A program made the translations under genes and the position numbers. A DNA stretch of 64,000 bases from an uncultured Bacteroidia bacterium (lineage in GTDB: Bacteria; Bacteroidota; Bacteroidia; J057): assembly GCA_964468435.1 (NCBI GenBank), contig CAYXVE010000001.1:165020-229019 (forward strand), given 5' to 3'. Shown here one piece after another: positions 9,519 to 19,731 of this stretch. Position 1 is the stretch's first letter. Each line of letters starts with the position of its first letter. The notes beneath the pieces are model-generated. The model was not told where the DNA came from. It did no database searches and was given only the letters and a program-made list of their open reading frames with translations.

Positions 9519-11090
9519 ATGCAGAAAGCGAAGATACTTTGGGTAGATGACGAAATAGACTTACTCAAAGGACATATCATGTATTTAAAGGAGAAAAATA
9601 TCGAGGTAGAGGCTGCAAGCAATGGGATAGATGCATTGGAATTATTGAAGCAGAATAGTTATGACATGATATTTTTGGATGAACAAATGCCAGGAATGGA
9701 TGGATTAAGTGTGTTATCAGAGATCAGAACGCTTTCTTCAACAATACCGGTAATCATGATCACTAAATCTGAGGAAGAGCATATCATGGAAGATGCATTG
9801 GGAGCACAGATTTCAGATTACCTGATCAAACCCGTGAAACCCACCCAGATATTGCTTACATGCAAAAAGATACTCGATAATAAGCGGTTGGTTACCAAAA
9901 AGATTAACGAAGGCTATCAACAGGATTTCAGAAATATAGCCCTCCAGTTTTTTGAGGATAATGACTATAAAGACTGGTTTGATATATATAGTAAATTGAT
10001 GTTCTGGGAAGGCAGGATGGAAGAAAATGAGGACAAAAGTATGGAAGATGTCCTCAGTGCCCAGCTTAGTGAAGCCAATACCAATTTTGGGCGTTTTATT
10101 ACCCAGAATTATCTGGATTGGGTCAATACGGAGTCATTGGAAGACAGGCCTATGCTCTCCCCGGAAGTTTTCTCTGAAGCTGTTTTTCCTTTAATGGATG
10201 AAGGATATGAAAGCGTATTTTTTCTCCTGTTAGACTGCTTGCGCTATGATCAGTGGAAAGCTTTTGAACCGATTATATCTGACTATTACTACATAGATAG
10301 AGAGCAGAGTTATTGTGGGATTTTACCCACTGCTACCCAATATTCTCGCAATTCAATATTTGCGGGGATGTATCCGGGTGAAATTGCTAACCGTTTTCCC
10401 AAATACTGGCTTAATGACGATGAAGAAGGAGGGAAAAACCTCCAGGAAGCAGCGTTGATTCAGGAGCAGATCAGCCGTAAACGGCTAAGTATCAAGCATA
10501 GCTATCATAAGGTTATTACCAATGAGAAAAGCCGTGTCATGGCTGATAATATCCTCAACTTATTGAACAATGACTTAAATGTCATCGTTTACAACTTTAT
10601 TGATTTACTATCACATTCGCGAACGGAAATGAATATTATTCGCGAATTAGCTCCCAATGAAGCAGCTTATCGTTCCATTTCGAGATCGTGGTTGGAATAT
10701 TCTCCCTTGCTTACAGTATTCAAGAAGCTGAGCAACAAAAATGTCAAAATCATTCTTACGACAGACCATGGTACGATCAGGGTGAAAAAACCTGCGAGGA
10801 TCATTGGCGATAGAGCTACTACAACCAATCTCAGGTACAAGCAGGGCAAAAATCTGAACTATGATGAAAGTGCTAAATATCTGTTTTCAGTCAAGAAACC
10901 CGAAGAAGCCAAGCTGCCCAAAACAAATGTAAGCTCAACCTATGTATTTGCGATGGAGGATTATTTCTTTGCTTATCCCAACAATTACAACTATTACGTG
11001 AATTATTACAAAGACACCTTTCAGCATGGAGGGGTAAGCCTTGAAGAGATGATAGTCCCTATTATTGAGCTAACTCCCAAAAATAGATGA
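9519..11090 (+). CDS. porX: Response-regulator receiver fused to a PglZ/alkaline-phosphatase-like domain (PorX-type regulator)
   Basis: 523 aa. The N-terminal CheY-like receiver reads KILWVDDEIDLL...DMIFLDEQMPGMDG...K. The large C-terminal domain has PglZ-family length. This two-domain architecture matches PorX of the type IX secretion regulon. Confidence 0.72.
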   Translation: MQKAKILWVDDEIDLLKGHIMYLKEKNIEVEAASNGIDALELLKQNSYDMIFLDEQMPGMDGLSVLSEIRTLSSTIPVIMITKSEEEHIMEDALGAQISDYLIKPVKPTQILLTCKKILDNKRLVTKKINEGYQQDFRNIALQFFEDNDYKDWFDIYSKLMFWEGRMEENEDKSMEDVLSAQLSEANTNFGRFITQNYLDWVNTESLEDRPMLSPEVFSEAVFPLMDEGYESVFFLLLDCLRYDQWKAFEPIISDYYYIDREQSYCGILPTATQYSRNSIFAGMYPGEIANRFPKYWLNDDEEGGKNLQEAALIQEQISRKRLSIKHSYHKVITNEKSRVMADNILNLLNNDLNVIVYNFIDLLSHSRTEMNIIRELAPNEAAYRSISRSWLEYSPLLTVFKKLSNKNVKIILTTDHGTIRVKKPARIIGDRATTTNLRYKQGKNLNYDESAKYLFSVKKPEEAKLPKTNVSSTYVFAMEDYFFAYPNNYNYYVNYYKDTFQHGGVSLEEMIVPIIELTPKNR

Positions 11091-11527
11091 CCCGTATTTT
11101 TGAGAGCAAAAATGTGTCAGATAATCCAGCGATTGCCCAGGAAATTTTAAAGGTTTGCAGTAGTAATAGAATTTTCGCATTTTTCGGACAACTTGGATCC
11201 GGGAAAACTACCCTTATCAGAGATTTTTGTAAAATCCTAGGGGTAGATATGGGAGTTAGCAGCCCAACATTTACAATTATTAATGAGTATGAAGGGCATT
11301 CAGGCAAGATATATCATTTTGATTTTTATCGTTTGAGGAGTGAAGTGGAAGCCTATGAGCTTGGTTGTGAGGAATATTTCGAGTCAGAATGTTATTGTTT
11401 CATCGAATGGCCAGAACGCATCCCTTCCCTGTTTCCAAAAGATGCAGTTAGAATATCAGTAACGCCAATCGCAGAGACAGAAAGAAAAATTGAAGTCATT
11501 TATGGCGAACGTTCCATTTTCAATTGA
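11087..11527 (+). CDS. tsaE: tRNA threonylcarbamoyladenosine biosynthesis protein TsaE
   Basis: 146 aa with the P-loop FFGQLGSGKTTLIR. An ATGA start/stop overlap with the upstream gene suggests translational coupling. Confidence 0.85.
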   Translation: MTRIFESKNVSDNPAIAQEILKVCSSNRIFAFFGQLGSGKTTLIRDFCKILGVDMGVSSPTFTIINEYEGHSGKIYHFDFYRLRSEVEAYELGCEEYFESECYCFIEWPERIPSLFPKDAVRISVTPIAETERKIEVIYGERSIFN

Positions 11528-12743
11528 GCAGAAGTATCCTGAAATATATCCAGGGTCATGGGCCATTCCTCAGGAGCAAGCAGAGCGAGTGAGTAAAACG
11601 CACAAGCGATTGGTCATCGGTATCCCGAAAGAACATTATTTTCAGGAAACCAGGGTTCCGATCACACCTGATTCTGTTGGCGTATTGGTCAACAACGGAC
11701 ATCAGGTCTTCATCGAGCACGATGCAGGGATCGGAGCAAGATTTGCAGACAAAGACTATGCAGAAGTAGGTGCTGTGGTCACTTACAATAGATCTGATTT
11801 ATTCAAACAGTCGGACTACATCGTGAAAGTATCTCCGCTTTCCGATGAGGAAATGAATCTGCTCCGGGAAAACCAGAAACTTATTTCAGCTGTACACCTC
11901 GGAAGTCTGACACCCACATATGTTCAAAAGCTTATCAAGAAAAATATTACAGCCCTGGGGTTTGAGTTTTACCGTTCCGAAGATGGTTCACTTCCGCTCG
12001 TTCAGATGATGAGTGAAATTGCCGGAGTTAGTTCTATTCATATAGCTTCCGAGTTACTCACCGGAAAAAACAACGGTCAGGGACTCTTACTAGGAGGAAT
12101 CACCGGTATTCCACCAGCAGAAGTAACGATATTGGGTGCTGGTACGGTAGGCTTCAACGCTGCTCAGACAGCAATGGGCATGGGAGCACGTGTCCGTATT
12201 ATCGATGAAGAACTCTATAAGCTCAGAAGGATTGAACGGGAACTAGGACTCAATATCTATACATCCATTGCCCAGGGAAATTATATCAGAGAAGCGGTAA
12301 GAGACTCAGACGTCGTCATAGGGGCTGTTTACAGGCAGGGTAGTCGTACACCCATGGTAGTCACCGAAGATATGGTCAAAGAGATGAATGATGGCTCAGT
12401 CATCATCGATGTAGCAATTGACCAGGGCGGATGTATAGAAACCAGCAGAATTACTACTCATGAAGATCCAACCTTTGTCAAATATGGTATTATACATTAC
12501 TGCGTACCTAATATCGCTTCCCGGGTATCCCGTACAGCTTCATTAGCTATTAGTAATATTCTCGGTCCATTACTGGTGAAAATCGGCGACCATGGTGGAA
12601 TCGATAATTTCATAAAATACAACAATGGTCTGAAGCAGGGAATTTACGTCTATCACAGGCATCTCACCAAGAAATATATTGCAGAGCTGTTTAATATGAA
12701 CCGCCTATACCGGGATATTGAGCTACTCATTGTCTCTTTCTGA
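11502..12743 (+). CDS. Alanine dehydrogenase / PNT-family NAD-dependent dehydrogenase
   Basis: AlaDH/PNT N-terminal domain plus an NAD-binding ILGAGTVG motif. The ORF track begins at TTG 11490. The ATG at 11502 is chosen here and still overlaps the tsaE 3' end. Confidence 0.7.
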   Translation: MANVPFSIEQKYPEIYPGSWAIPQEQAERVSKTHKRLVIGIPKEHYFQETRVPITPDSVGVLVNNGHQVFIEHDAGIGARFADKDYAEVGAVVTYNRSDLFKQSDYIVKVSPLSDEEMNLLRENQKLISAVHLGSLTPTYVQKLIKKNITALGFEFYRSEDGSLPLVQMMSEIAGVSSIHIASELLTGKNNGQGLLLGGITGIPPAEVTILGAGTVGFNAAQTAMGMGARVRIIDEELYKLRRIERELGLNIYTSIAQGNYIREAVRDSDVVIGAVYRQGSRTPMVVTEDMVKEMNDGSVIIDVAIDQGGCIETSRITTHEDPTFVKYGIIHYCVPNIASRVSRTASLAISNILGPLLVKIGDHGGIDNFIKYNNGLKQGIYVYHRHLTKKYIAELFNMNRLYRDIELLIVSF

Positions 12744-12874
12744 GATCCCTCGGCTTGAGCATATGTCATTGAGCTACGCTGGATTTGCCTGCACCTTGTT
12801 GTAGAAGTGACCATTTTCAAATCTTCCGTCATAACTATGAATAGAATGTAAATCAAAGTTTAAAAATAGCTACT

Positions 12875-13564
12875 ATGAAAAATTTTATTATTGGGATTTT
12901 TGTTTTAGCAATGAGCCCTGTGGTACAGGCACAGGATGTATTTGAAGGGGTACAATCATTTATGCGCAATGAAGAGGGAAATGCGCTATCTGTGGATCTT
13001 ATGGGGCAGAAAAAAAATATAGAAGATGTATTGGAAAAGAAATTCAAGATGAAGACGGGCATGAAGTCCCGCTCGCGGAAAGGTGTTAAGGCTTTTGAGA
13101 TGGCACGTATGCTGGACATCTCTTCCCGGCAGTTGGATTATTACTATACTGTTGAGAACAAAAAGGGAATTAATAATACGTATACGGTACGCCTTTTTAT
13201 CAAAGACGGAAATAAATTTCTCAACACTGAAACATATCCTGAAGAAGTGGATGCTGCACGCGAAATCCTTGAAAATTTACAATATGAAACGACTGTCTAT
13301 GAATTTGAGCTAGCTATCAATGAACAGCATGAAATCCTGAATGAGGTGATCGAGAATCATAGAAAAATGGTCGAAGACTCGATCAAGCTAGATGCTAAAA
13401 TGGATGACCTCCTAAAAGATATGGAAAATAGCCGGAATGAATTGCAGGAACAGATCGTAAAAATCGAACAAGAGCGCCTGAGGCTTGAAGCCTTCAAAGA
13501 AGAAATGGATGAATATATTAGAAAAGGCAGTACAAATGAAAACATGTCCAGAGGCAATAACTAA
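12875..13564 (+). CDS. Secreted hypothetical protein with a C-terminal coiled coil
   Basis: 229 aa with the signal peptide MKNFIIGIFVLAMSPVVQAQ. The C-terminal third is heptad-like and rich in E, K and L. No family recognised. Confidence 0.55.
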   Translation: MKNFIIGIFVLAMSPVVQAQDVFEGVQSFMRNEEGNALSVDLMGQKKNIEDVLEKKFKMKTGMKSRSRKGVKAFEMARMLDISSRQLDYYYTVENKKGINNTYTVRLFIKDGNKFLNTETYPEEVDAAREILENLQYETTVYEFELAINEQHEILNEVIENHRKMVEDSIKLDAKMDDLLKDMENSRNELQEQIVKIEQERLRLEAFKEEMDEYIRKGSTNENMSRGNN

Positions 13565-13637
13565 GCCTGTAAGCTGAGCAACTATTTCCTGGAATACTGT
13601 TAGACGTTGCAGGGTTTCCCAAAACAATTAGAAATTG

Positions 13638-13681
13638 CTTGGAGGACGTCCCAAATTTTGGGACCCCCTCCAAGTTTTTTT
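13638..13681 (+). terminator. Rho-independent terminator downstream of the 12875-13564 gene
   Basis: cttggagg-ac-gtcccaaa-t-tttgggac-cc-cctccaag forms a long nested hairpin (8 + 8 bp). It is followed directly by a T7 run. Confidence 0.7.
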
Positions 13682-13769
13682 ACAACGATAGATAATGAAA
13701 GACGTATAAAAACTATCTTACTTGCCATGGAAAAATAACCCTCACAATCAAAAATTAAATATATTTCTG

Positions 13770-16700
13770 ATGAACCGCTGGCTCCGTAATGGAATAATAA
13801 TCATATCTATCCTGGTACTCATTTTACTGTTGATCCCTATGTTGTTCAAGGGTAAAATTCAGCAATTCGTTACCAACGCTGTAAATCAAAATATCAAAGG
13901 AAATTTTTCGGTTGAGCGTATTGGACTTTCATTTCTTACCCGCTTCCCGCAAGCGCACGTATACATTGAGGACTTTACCCTTACAGGTATCGAATCATTT
14001 GAAGGTGATACCCTGGCACAGGGAAAGCGCCTGGATCTGATCGTTAATCCTTTTAGCGTATGGAGTAGTGATGGAATATCCATTAATAAGATCATCGCTC
14101 AGGAGCCTCACATTCATGCTATCATCCTGGATGATGGTCAGTCCAACTGGGATGTAGCCAGGGTCGACACGTCTGCTGTCGAAAAATCTGAGGGTGAACC
14201 TGCCTCATACCGGTTGAATCTCAAATCCTATGAGATCCGCGACGCAGTAATCGTATATGAAGATGCGATTACGCCCATGAACATTTTAATCGACCAGCTC
14301 AATCACAGTGGTTCAGGTGCATTTACAGAAGTGGATTACGATCTAAAAACCCAGACTGAGATTCAGGAAGTTACAGTGGATTACCAGGGTATAAAATATC
14401 TCTCCAGGATGATGGTTGTTGCAGATATAGATATGCATGTTAATGCGACTGACGACATCGTAGTAGAGCTGCTCGATAATGTAATATACATTAACGATTT
14501 GGGCGTGAACGTCGATGGACAGACTATTGTAGGGGAGGAGATTATAGGATTGGATCTCAGTTTTTCTGCAGCTAAAAAGGCTTCTGTGAAAAGTATATTT
14601 TCACTCATTCCTGGAGCTTACACCCAAGATTTTGATGAAGTAAAGACCCGTGGCAATCTGTTATTCAACGGCATGATTAAGGGAAATTACAGTGAAAATC
14701 AGCTTCCCGGATTTGACATAGCTCTTCAGATCGATGAAGGTATGGTGCAATATCCGGATTTGCCCAGGGCTATTTCGGATATCAATCTTGATCTCAAAGT
14801 TGAAAACCCTGATGGCGATCTGGAAAATACGGTGTTTTTGATTAATCAGTTTGATGCAAAGATGGGAGATGACCCTTTTCATGCGGTGGCAGAAATACGG
14901 GGACTGAACAATATGTTTATACAAGGCGAGATGAATGGCGTCTTGGATTTGGGACAGTTGTCTCAGGTCGTACCAATAGAGGGTAATGAACTCAGAGGTA
15001 TGCTCAGTGTAGATGCAGATGCTGAAGGGTATTACAATGAGGCACAAGGTACTTTCCCGGGAGTAAATGCGCGACTGGAGATGGTAAATGGGTATGTTAA
15101 GCGTGCAGACTATCCCGATGCTGAGCTGAAAGAGATACAATTTGAAGCAATAGTATCGGATGTAGATGGGCAGATGAGTAGTGCAAAATTTGAGATGCCC
15201 GTTTTCAGTTTTGATCTGGGGGGAGAACAAATACAGGGAGCATTGACCGTACAGGATTTCAATGACCCCGTGTATGATCTGAGTGCAAAGGGTAATCTCG
15301 ATTTGGAAAAACTCATGAAAATTTATCCCTTGGAGGGTATGGATTTAAGGGGTCGCGTAGCGGTGAAAGACTTCAATACCAGGGGACGGCTTTCAGATGT
15401 GGAGGCGGAACGCTATGACCGGCTTCCTACCTCTGGCGATGTATCTGTGAGTAATATTTATTATGCAAGTAATGAAATTCCGCATCCTGTATTCATTGAA
15501 AGTGGTCATGGGAATTTTACACCCGAAAGACTTGAATTAGACAATGTCCTAGGGAAAACTGGAGATACCGATTTCAACATCAATGGATATCTGGAAAATT
15601 ATCTAAGCTACGCACTTATGGGAGGGGAGGAATTGTCCGGAACCTGGATACTGAAAAGTAACAGGGTTAACATCAATGAATGGATGACAGACGCAGTAGA
15701 AAAATCTGGAGGTGAATCAGATGAGGCTGCTGAGCCTTATGGTGTAGTTCCAGTACCTAAGGGCGTAGATATGCTGATACAGGCAGTTATTGGACAGGTC
15801 GATTATCGCAATCTTTCACTCAAAGATATGGAAGGTATTCTCACTGTAGCCAATCAGGAGGTAGCAATGGAGGGACTTGCCTTCGGCATGCTTGGAGGCC
15901 AGATCTCCATGAGAGGTAATTATGCGGCCCAGGATATTGATAATCCTAGTTTCTCATTTGACCTGGACGTCAATCGTCTCGGATTTTCGGAAGCTGTTCA
16001 AAATCTTATCCTGGTTGAAAAGTTTGCACCTATTGCCAGATTAGTTCAGGGCTTTTTTAATACGCGGTTAAGTTTGAAAGGTAGCATGGACGAAAATATG
16101 TACCCCATTCTGGAAGATATTACCAGTGAAGGAGTTTTTGAGGTAATTGAGGGTAAAATAGCTGATTTGCCTATTGTAAATCGCATAGCTACGAAGACTA
16201 AATTGCAAAATATAGCGGAATTGACTCTTGATCATGTGAAGGGAGAGTTTACTATACGAGAAGGATCTGTGTTTTTAGATCCTTTTACCATTCAGAAAAA
16301 TGATATTCAGATGACTTTTGCAGGGAGTCAGAATATCTCCGGAAGTTTGGATTACACCGTACAACTGGATATGCCTAAGGGCAAAGCAGGGGAGGCTGTT
16401 TTTTCAGCACTTTCAGATGTAATCGGTCCATCTGTAGCTGCACAGGATTCTATTTCTTTGCTGCTGAAAGTGGGAGGTTCGCTTAAAGATCCATTAATCA
16501 CCAGTGTAGAAAGCCAGACTGTGAGCCGGGTAAAGGATCAACTGGTAGATCAGGCAGAAAATAAATTGGAAGAAAAATTAGGTAAAAATATTGAAATAGA
16601 TCGCGAAAGTCTGAAAAAATCCATCGAGGAGGCTGGACAGGCAGGTAAAGATACGCTTGAGCAAAAGATTGAAGAGGGAAAGGAGCAGGTAAAGGATTCT

Positions 16701-16859
16701 ATTTCAACAATGGCTGACGAGAAAAAGGAAGATATCATAGAAGAAATTGATCAGACAATTGAAGAAAAAATAGGTAAGGAAGGCAAAGATAAACTGGATG
16801 AACTAAAAAAGAAGTTTGGTTTTCCTTCCGGGAAGAAGAAACAAAACAATGATCACTGA
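13770..16859 (+). CDS. AsmA-family outer-membrane biogenesis protein
   Basis: About 1030 aa. It has an N-terminal membrane anchor (MNRWLRNGIIIISILVLILLLIPMLF), a long beta-rich body and a lysine/glutamate-rich tail. The in-frame ATG at 13770 is preferred to the TTG at 13722. Confidence 0.68.
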   Translation: MNRWLRNGIIIISILVLILLLIPMLFKGKIQQFVTNAVNQNIKGNFSVERIGLSFLTRFPQAHVYIEDFTLTGIESFEGDTLAQGKRLDLIVNPFSVWSSDGISINKIIAQEPHIHAIILDDGQSNWDVARVDTSAVEKSEGEPASYRLNLKSYEIRDAVIVYEDAITPMNILIDQLNHSGSGAFTEVDYDLKTQTEIQEVTVDYQGIKYLSRMMVVADIDMHVNATDDIVVELLDNVIYINDLGVNVDGQTIVGEEIIGLDLSFSAAKKASVKSIFSLIPGAYTQDFDEVKTRGNLLFNGMIKGNYSENQLPGFDIALQIDEGMVQYPDLPRAISDINLDLKVENPDGDLENTVFLINQFDAKMGDDPFHAVAEIRGLNNMFIQGEMNGVLDLGQLSQVVPIEGNELRGMLSVDADAEGYYNEAQGTFPGVNARLEMVNGYVKRADYPDAELKEIQFEAIVSDVDGQMSSAKFEMPVFSFDLGGEQIQGALTVQDFNDPVYDLSAKGNLDLEKLMKIYPLEGMDLRGRVAVKDFNTRGRLSDVEAERYDRLPTSGDVSVSNIYYASNEIPHPVFIESGHGNFTPERLELDNVLGKTGDTDFNINGYLENYLSYALMGGEELSGTWILKSNRVNINEWMTDAVEKSGGESDEAAEPYGVVPVPKGVDMLIQAVIGQVDYRNLSLKDMEGILTVANQEVAMEGLAFGMLGGQISMRGNYAAQDIDNPSFSFDLDVNRLGFSEAVQNLILVEKFAPIARLVQGFFNTRLSLKGSMDENMYPILEDITSEGVFEVIEGKIADLPIVNRIATKTKLQNIAELTLDHVKGEFTIREGSVFLDPFTIQKNDIQMTFAGSQNISGSLDYTVQLDMPKGKAGEAVFSALSDVIGPSVAAQDSISLLLKVGGSLKDPLITSVESQTVSRVKDQLVDQAENKLEEKLGKNIEIDRESLKKSIEEAGQAGKDTLEQKIEEGKEQVKDSISTMADEKKEDIIEEIDQTIEEKIGKEGKDKLDELKKKFGFPSGKKKQNNDH

Positions 16860-16885
16860 TACGTGGATTTATCTGCGAAATTAGT

Positions 16886-16893
16886 TATCTTTG
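16886..16893 (+). promoter_or_regulatory. Candidate Bacteroidota -7 promoter box (TAnnTTTG) for gyrB
   Basis: TATCTTTG is a perfect match to the TAnnTTTG consensus. It lies 31 nt upstream of the gyrB ATG. Confidence 0.4.
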
Positions 16894-16924
16894 AAAGAAT
16901 ATACATTTTTATTTTGTTGCAAAT

Positions 16925-18907
16925 ATGAGCGAAATCACAACGCCTATCAACGAATACTCTGCGAGTAATATTCAAGTTTTAGAGGGTATAGAACACGTCC
17001 GGAAGCGGCCTTCCATGTATATCGGGGATGTAGGAGAACGTGGATTGCATCATCTCGTGTATGAAGTGGTAGATAATTCTATTGACGAGGCAATGGCTGG
17101 ATATGCGGAAAACATCCAGGTGATTATCCACGATGACAATTCGATAACAGTGAGAGATGATGGCCGTGGCATACCGGTTGATATTCACGAGAAGGAGGGT
17201 CTTTCGGCGTTGGAACTGGTAATGACACGCCTGGGTGCAGGTGGAAAATTTGATAAAGATTCGTATAAAGTCTCAGGAGGACTTCACGGTGTAGGAGTAT
17301 CTTGTGTAAATGCATTGTCAGAAAAGTGTGAAGTCAGGGTTTATCGTCAAGGCCGTTTACACTATCAGAGGTATGCAAAGGGAGTCGCTGTCGGATCTGT
17401 TGAAGATCTGGAGCCTACATCAAAACAAGGGACAGAAACGCATTTCTGGCCTGATCGCTCAATTTTTTCTGTTGTACATTTCAAATACGAAAAACTAGCA
17501 GAACGGCTTCGTGAACTTGCCTACTTGAACAAGGGCGTAAAAATCACGATAACAGACCGTAGAGAGGTCTTGTCCGAAGAAGATTTGCGCAAATATAAAG
17601 TTGAGGAAGGAAAGTACCGTACATATACCTTCTTCTCTGAAGGAGGGGTCAAAGAATTTGTAAAATTTCTTGATAAGAGCAGGACACCCTTACATCCCGA
17701 GCCGATATATATCACAGGAATTGATGACGATGAAACCACCCCCGTTGAAATTGCTTTGCAATACAATTCCTCCCATATGGAAAATCTCCATTCTTATGTC
17801 AATAATATCAATACGCACGAGGGAGGTACACATATATGGGGATTCAAAAAAGCTCTTACTCGTACGCTGAAAAACTACGCAGAGGTAAATGGTTTACTGA
17901 AGAAAGTTAAATATGATATAAGCGGGGATGATTTTCGCGAAGGACTAACGGCTGTTATTTCTGTAAAGGTCATGGAACCTCAGTTTGAAGGACAGACCAA
18001 GACCAAACTGGGTAATAATGAAGTAACAGGTGTCGTTGAGTCGATTGTCAATCGCGAATTATCCTATTTTCTGGAGGAAAATCCCAATGTGGCTAAGCAA
18101 ATTATCAATAAGGTACTCTTGGCTGCTGAAGCCAGATATATGGCTAAAAAAGCCAGGGAAGCCGTACACAAGAAGAGTAGTCTGGTCAGTGGAGGACTTC
18201 CTGGGAAACTGGCTAGCTGTACTAGTAAAAATCCTGGTCAATGTGAGATATTTCTGGTCGAGGGTGATTCTGCCGGAGGTAGTGCCAAGCAAGCGCGTAT
18301 GCGCGAGTTTCAGGCAATTTTGCCGCTAAGAGGTAAAATCCTGAATGTGGAAAAAGCACATCCTACCCGCATATATGAGAATGAAGAAATCAAAAATATC
18401 ATTCTGGCACTGAGGGTAACAGGCATTGGAGAAGGGGAGGAAATGTCCCTGGAAAAATTGCGCTATCACAAAATCATCATCATGACTGATGCAGATGTGG
18501 ATGGCAGCCATATCCGTACCTTATTGCTTACATTGTTTTACCGATACTTCCTCCCCCTGATTGAAGCCGGACATGTATATATCGCTATGCCACCATTATA
18601 TCAGGTCAGAGTCGGTAAAAGATTCCGTTATTGCTGGACAGAGGAAGAACGTGCGGAAGCGGTACTGGAACTCGCTGATGGAGACGAAGGAAAGGCTTCC
18701 ATACAGCGCTATAAGGGCCTCGGCGAGATGAATCCTGATCAATTGTGGGATACTACCATGGATCCTGAACGCCGCACCTTACAACAGGTAACTATAGAAA
18801 GTGCAGCACAGGCAGATCACGTGTTTTCCATGCTAATGGGTGATGACGTAGCTCCCCGCAGGGACTTTATCGAGCAAAATGCCAAGTATGCAAATATAGA
18901 TGTGTGA
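16925..18907 (+). CDS. gyrB: DNA gyrase subunit B
   Basis: 660 aa. It has the GHKL ATPase motifs (HHLVYEVVDNSIDEA, GGLHGVG), the Toprim motif (EGDSAGG) and the C-terminal QRYKGLGEM. Confidence 0.95.
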   Translation: MSEITTPINEYSASNIQVLEGIEHVRKRPSMYIGDVGERGLHHLVYEVVDNSIDEAMAGYAENIQVIIHDDNSITVRDDGRGIPVDIHEKEGLSALELVMTRLGAGGKFDKDSYKVSGGLHGVGVSCVNALSEKCEVRVYRQGRLHYQRYAKGVAVGSVEDLEPTSKQGTETHFWPDRSIFSVVHFKYEKLAERLRELAYLNKGVKITITDRREVLSEEDLRKYKVEEGKYRTYTFFSEGGVKEFVKFLDKSRTPLHPEPIYITGIDDDETTPVEIALQYNSSHMENLHSYVNNINTHEGGTHIWGFKKALTRTLKNYAEVNGLLKKVKYDISGDDFREGLTAVISVKVMEPQFEGQTKTKLGNNEVTGVVESIVNRELSYFLEENPNVAKQIINKVLLAAEARYMAKKAREAVHKKSSLVSGGLPGKLASCTSKNPGQCEIFLVEGDSAGGSAKQARMREFQAILPLRGKILNVEKAHPTRIYENEEIKNIILALRVTGIGEGEEMSLEKLRYHKIIIMTDADVDGSHIRTLLLTLFYRYFLPLIEAGHVYIAMPPLYQVRVGKRFRYCWTEEERAEAVLELADGDEGKASIQRYKGLGEMNPDQLWDTTMDPERRTLQQVTIESAAQADHVFSMLMGDDVAPRRDFIEQNAKYANIDV

Positions 18908-19420
18908 TCAGTCAAAAAGCGTATACAGTACTCCGAGCTTTACGGAGGATTGATCTATTCCACCAATAGTCAGTTTACCTTCGACAAACGCATGTAATCT
19001 GTCGATTAACTGATACCTTGCGCCAGCACCGATATTTACGCCAAATTCATTGGTGTTCTCAGTATCTGTCTGCCCCTGGAAGGTTAACTCATTTTTGCCA
19101 AATGCCATCCCCAAGCCAGCTAATGGGTATAAATATAATTCTTCTGCGATGTTGAAATGAAACTGAGCATCAACTTCTACGACTGAAAACCTTACTTTAA
19201 AGTTCGAGCTTCGTTTGGATTCATTTTCAGGAGCAAAAAAAGTAACACCAGGAGATATACGCAGTTTTTCCCCGATAGGAAACATCAACTGGGCATTTAT
19301 GCCAAATTTACCCTCATCTCGACTCCCCAGGACAATTCCTCCTCCGCCCAGCAATTGAGCGCAGGCAATGTGGCTGGTGATCAACAAGCAAAGCATAGCC
19401 AAAAAGACAGAAAACCTCAT
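18908..19420 (-). CDS. Small outer-membrane beta-barrel protein
   Basis: 170 aa with a signal peptide, an alternating hydrophobic beta-strand pattern and a C-terminal aromatic residue (LGVLYTLFD). Confidence 0.6.
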   Translation of the reverse strand: MRFSVFLAMLCLLITSHIACAQLLGGGGIVLGSRDEGKFGINAQLMFPIGEKLRISPGVTFFAPENESKRSSNFKVRFSVVEVDAQFHFNIAEELYLYPLAGLGMAFGKNELTFQGQTDTENTNEFGVNIGAGARYQLIDRLHAFVEGKLTIGGIDQSSVKLGVLYTLFD

Positions 19421-19422
19421 GA

Positions 19423-19728
19423 TTATTCTTTGTAATTTTTTAATTTCTCATTATGCTTTTTTATCTGAGGTTGAACTTTGCTGACGCACAAGTCAATAGC
19501 CTCTTCAAAAGTGTTACCCGTCTCTTTAGCTACAATAAGGTTGCCAGGTACTTTCATTTTTAATTCTACCCACATTTTTTCCTGCCCGTCCATATGCTCT
19601 TTTCTCAGAATAGCTTCTGCATGAATGATTTTGTCATGAAAACGCTGCATCTTATCGACTTTGTTCTCCAGGTAATCCTTGACAATATCTGATGCGGTGA
19701 AATGAATAGCTTGTATTGTTAATTCCAT
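19423..19728 (-). CDS. hpf: Ribosome hibernation promoting factor / ribosome-associated inhibitor
   Basis: 101 aa. MELTIQAIHFTASDIVKDYLENKVDKMQRFHDKIIHAEAILR matches the short HPF/RaiA family. Confidence 0.8.
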   Translation of the reverse strand: MELTIQAIHFTASDIVKDYLENKVDKMQRFHDKIIHAEAILRKEHMDGQEKMWVELKMKVPGNLIVAKETGNTFEEAIDLCVSKVQPQIKKHNEKLKNYKE

Positions 19729-19731
19729 AGT

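Noticed and set aside
9519-11090. A PglZ domain could indicate a BREX/PGL phage-defence system.
   Set aside because: The PglZ-like domain is fused to a CheY receiver, which is the PorX architecture. None of the other BREX genes (pglX methyltransferase, brxC ATPase, brxA/B/L) is present. The neighbours are tsaE and housekeeping genes.
14661-15230. Several long antisense ORFs inside annotated genes might be overlapping genes. These are 189 aa here, plus 1478-1936, 25087-25650, 39733-40182, 48515-48967 and 49415-49807.
   Set aside because: Their compositions are Ser/Cys/Ile/His-biased and low-complexity, as expected for the reverse frames of real genes. They have no recognisable motifs and no independent start context. 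The sense-strand genes have strong family signatures.
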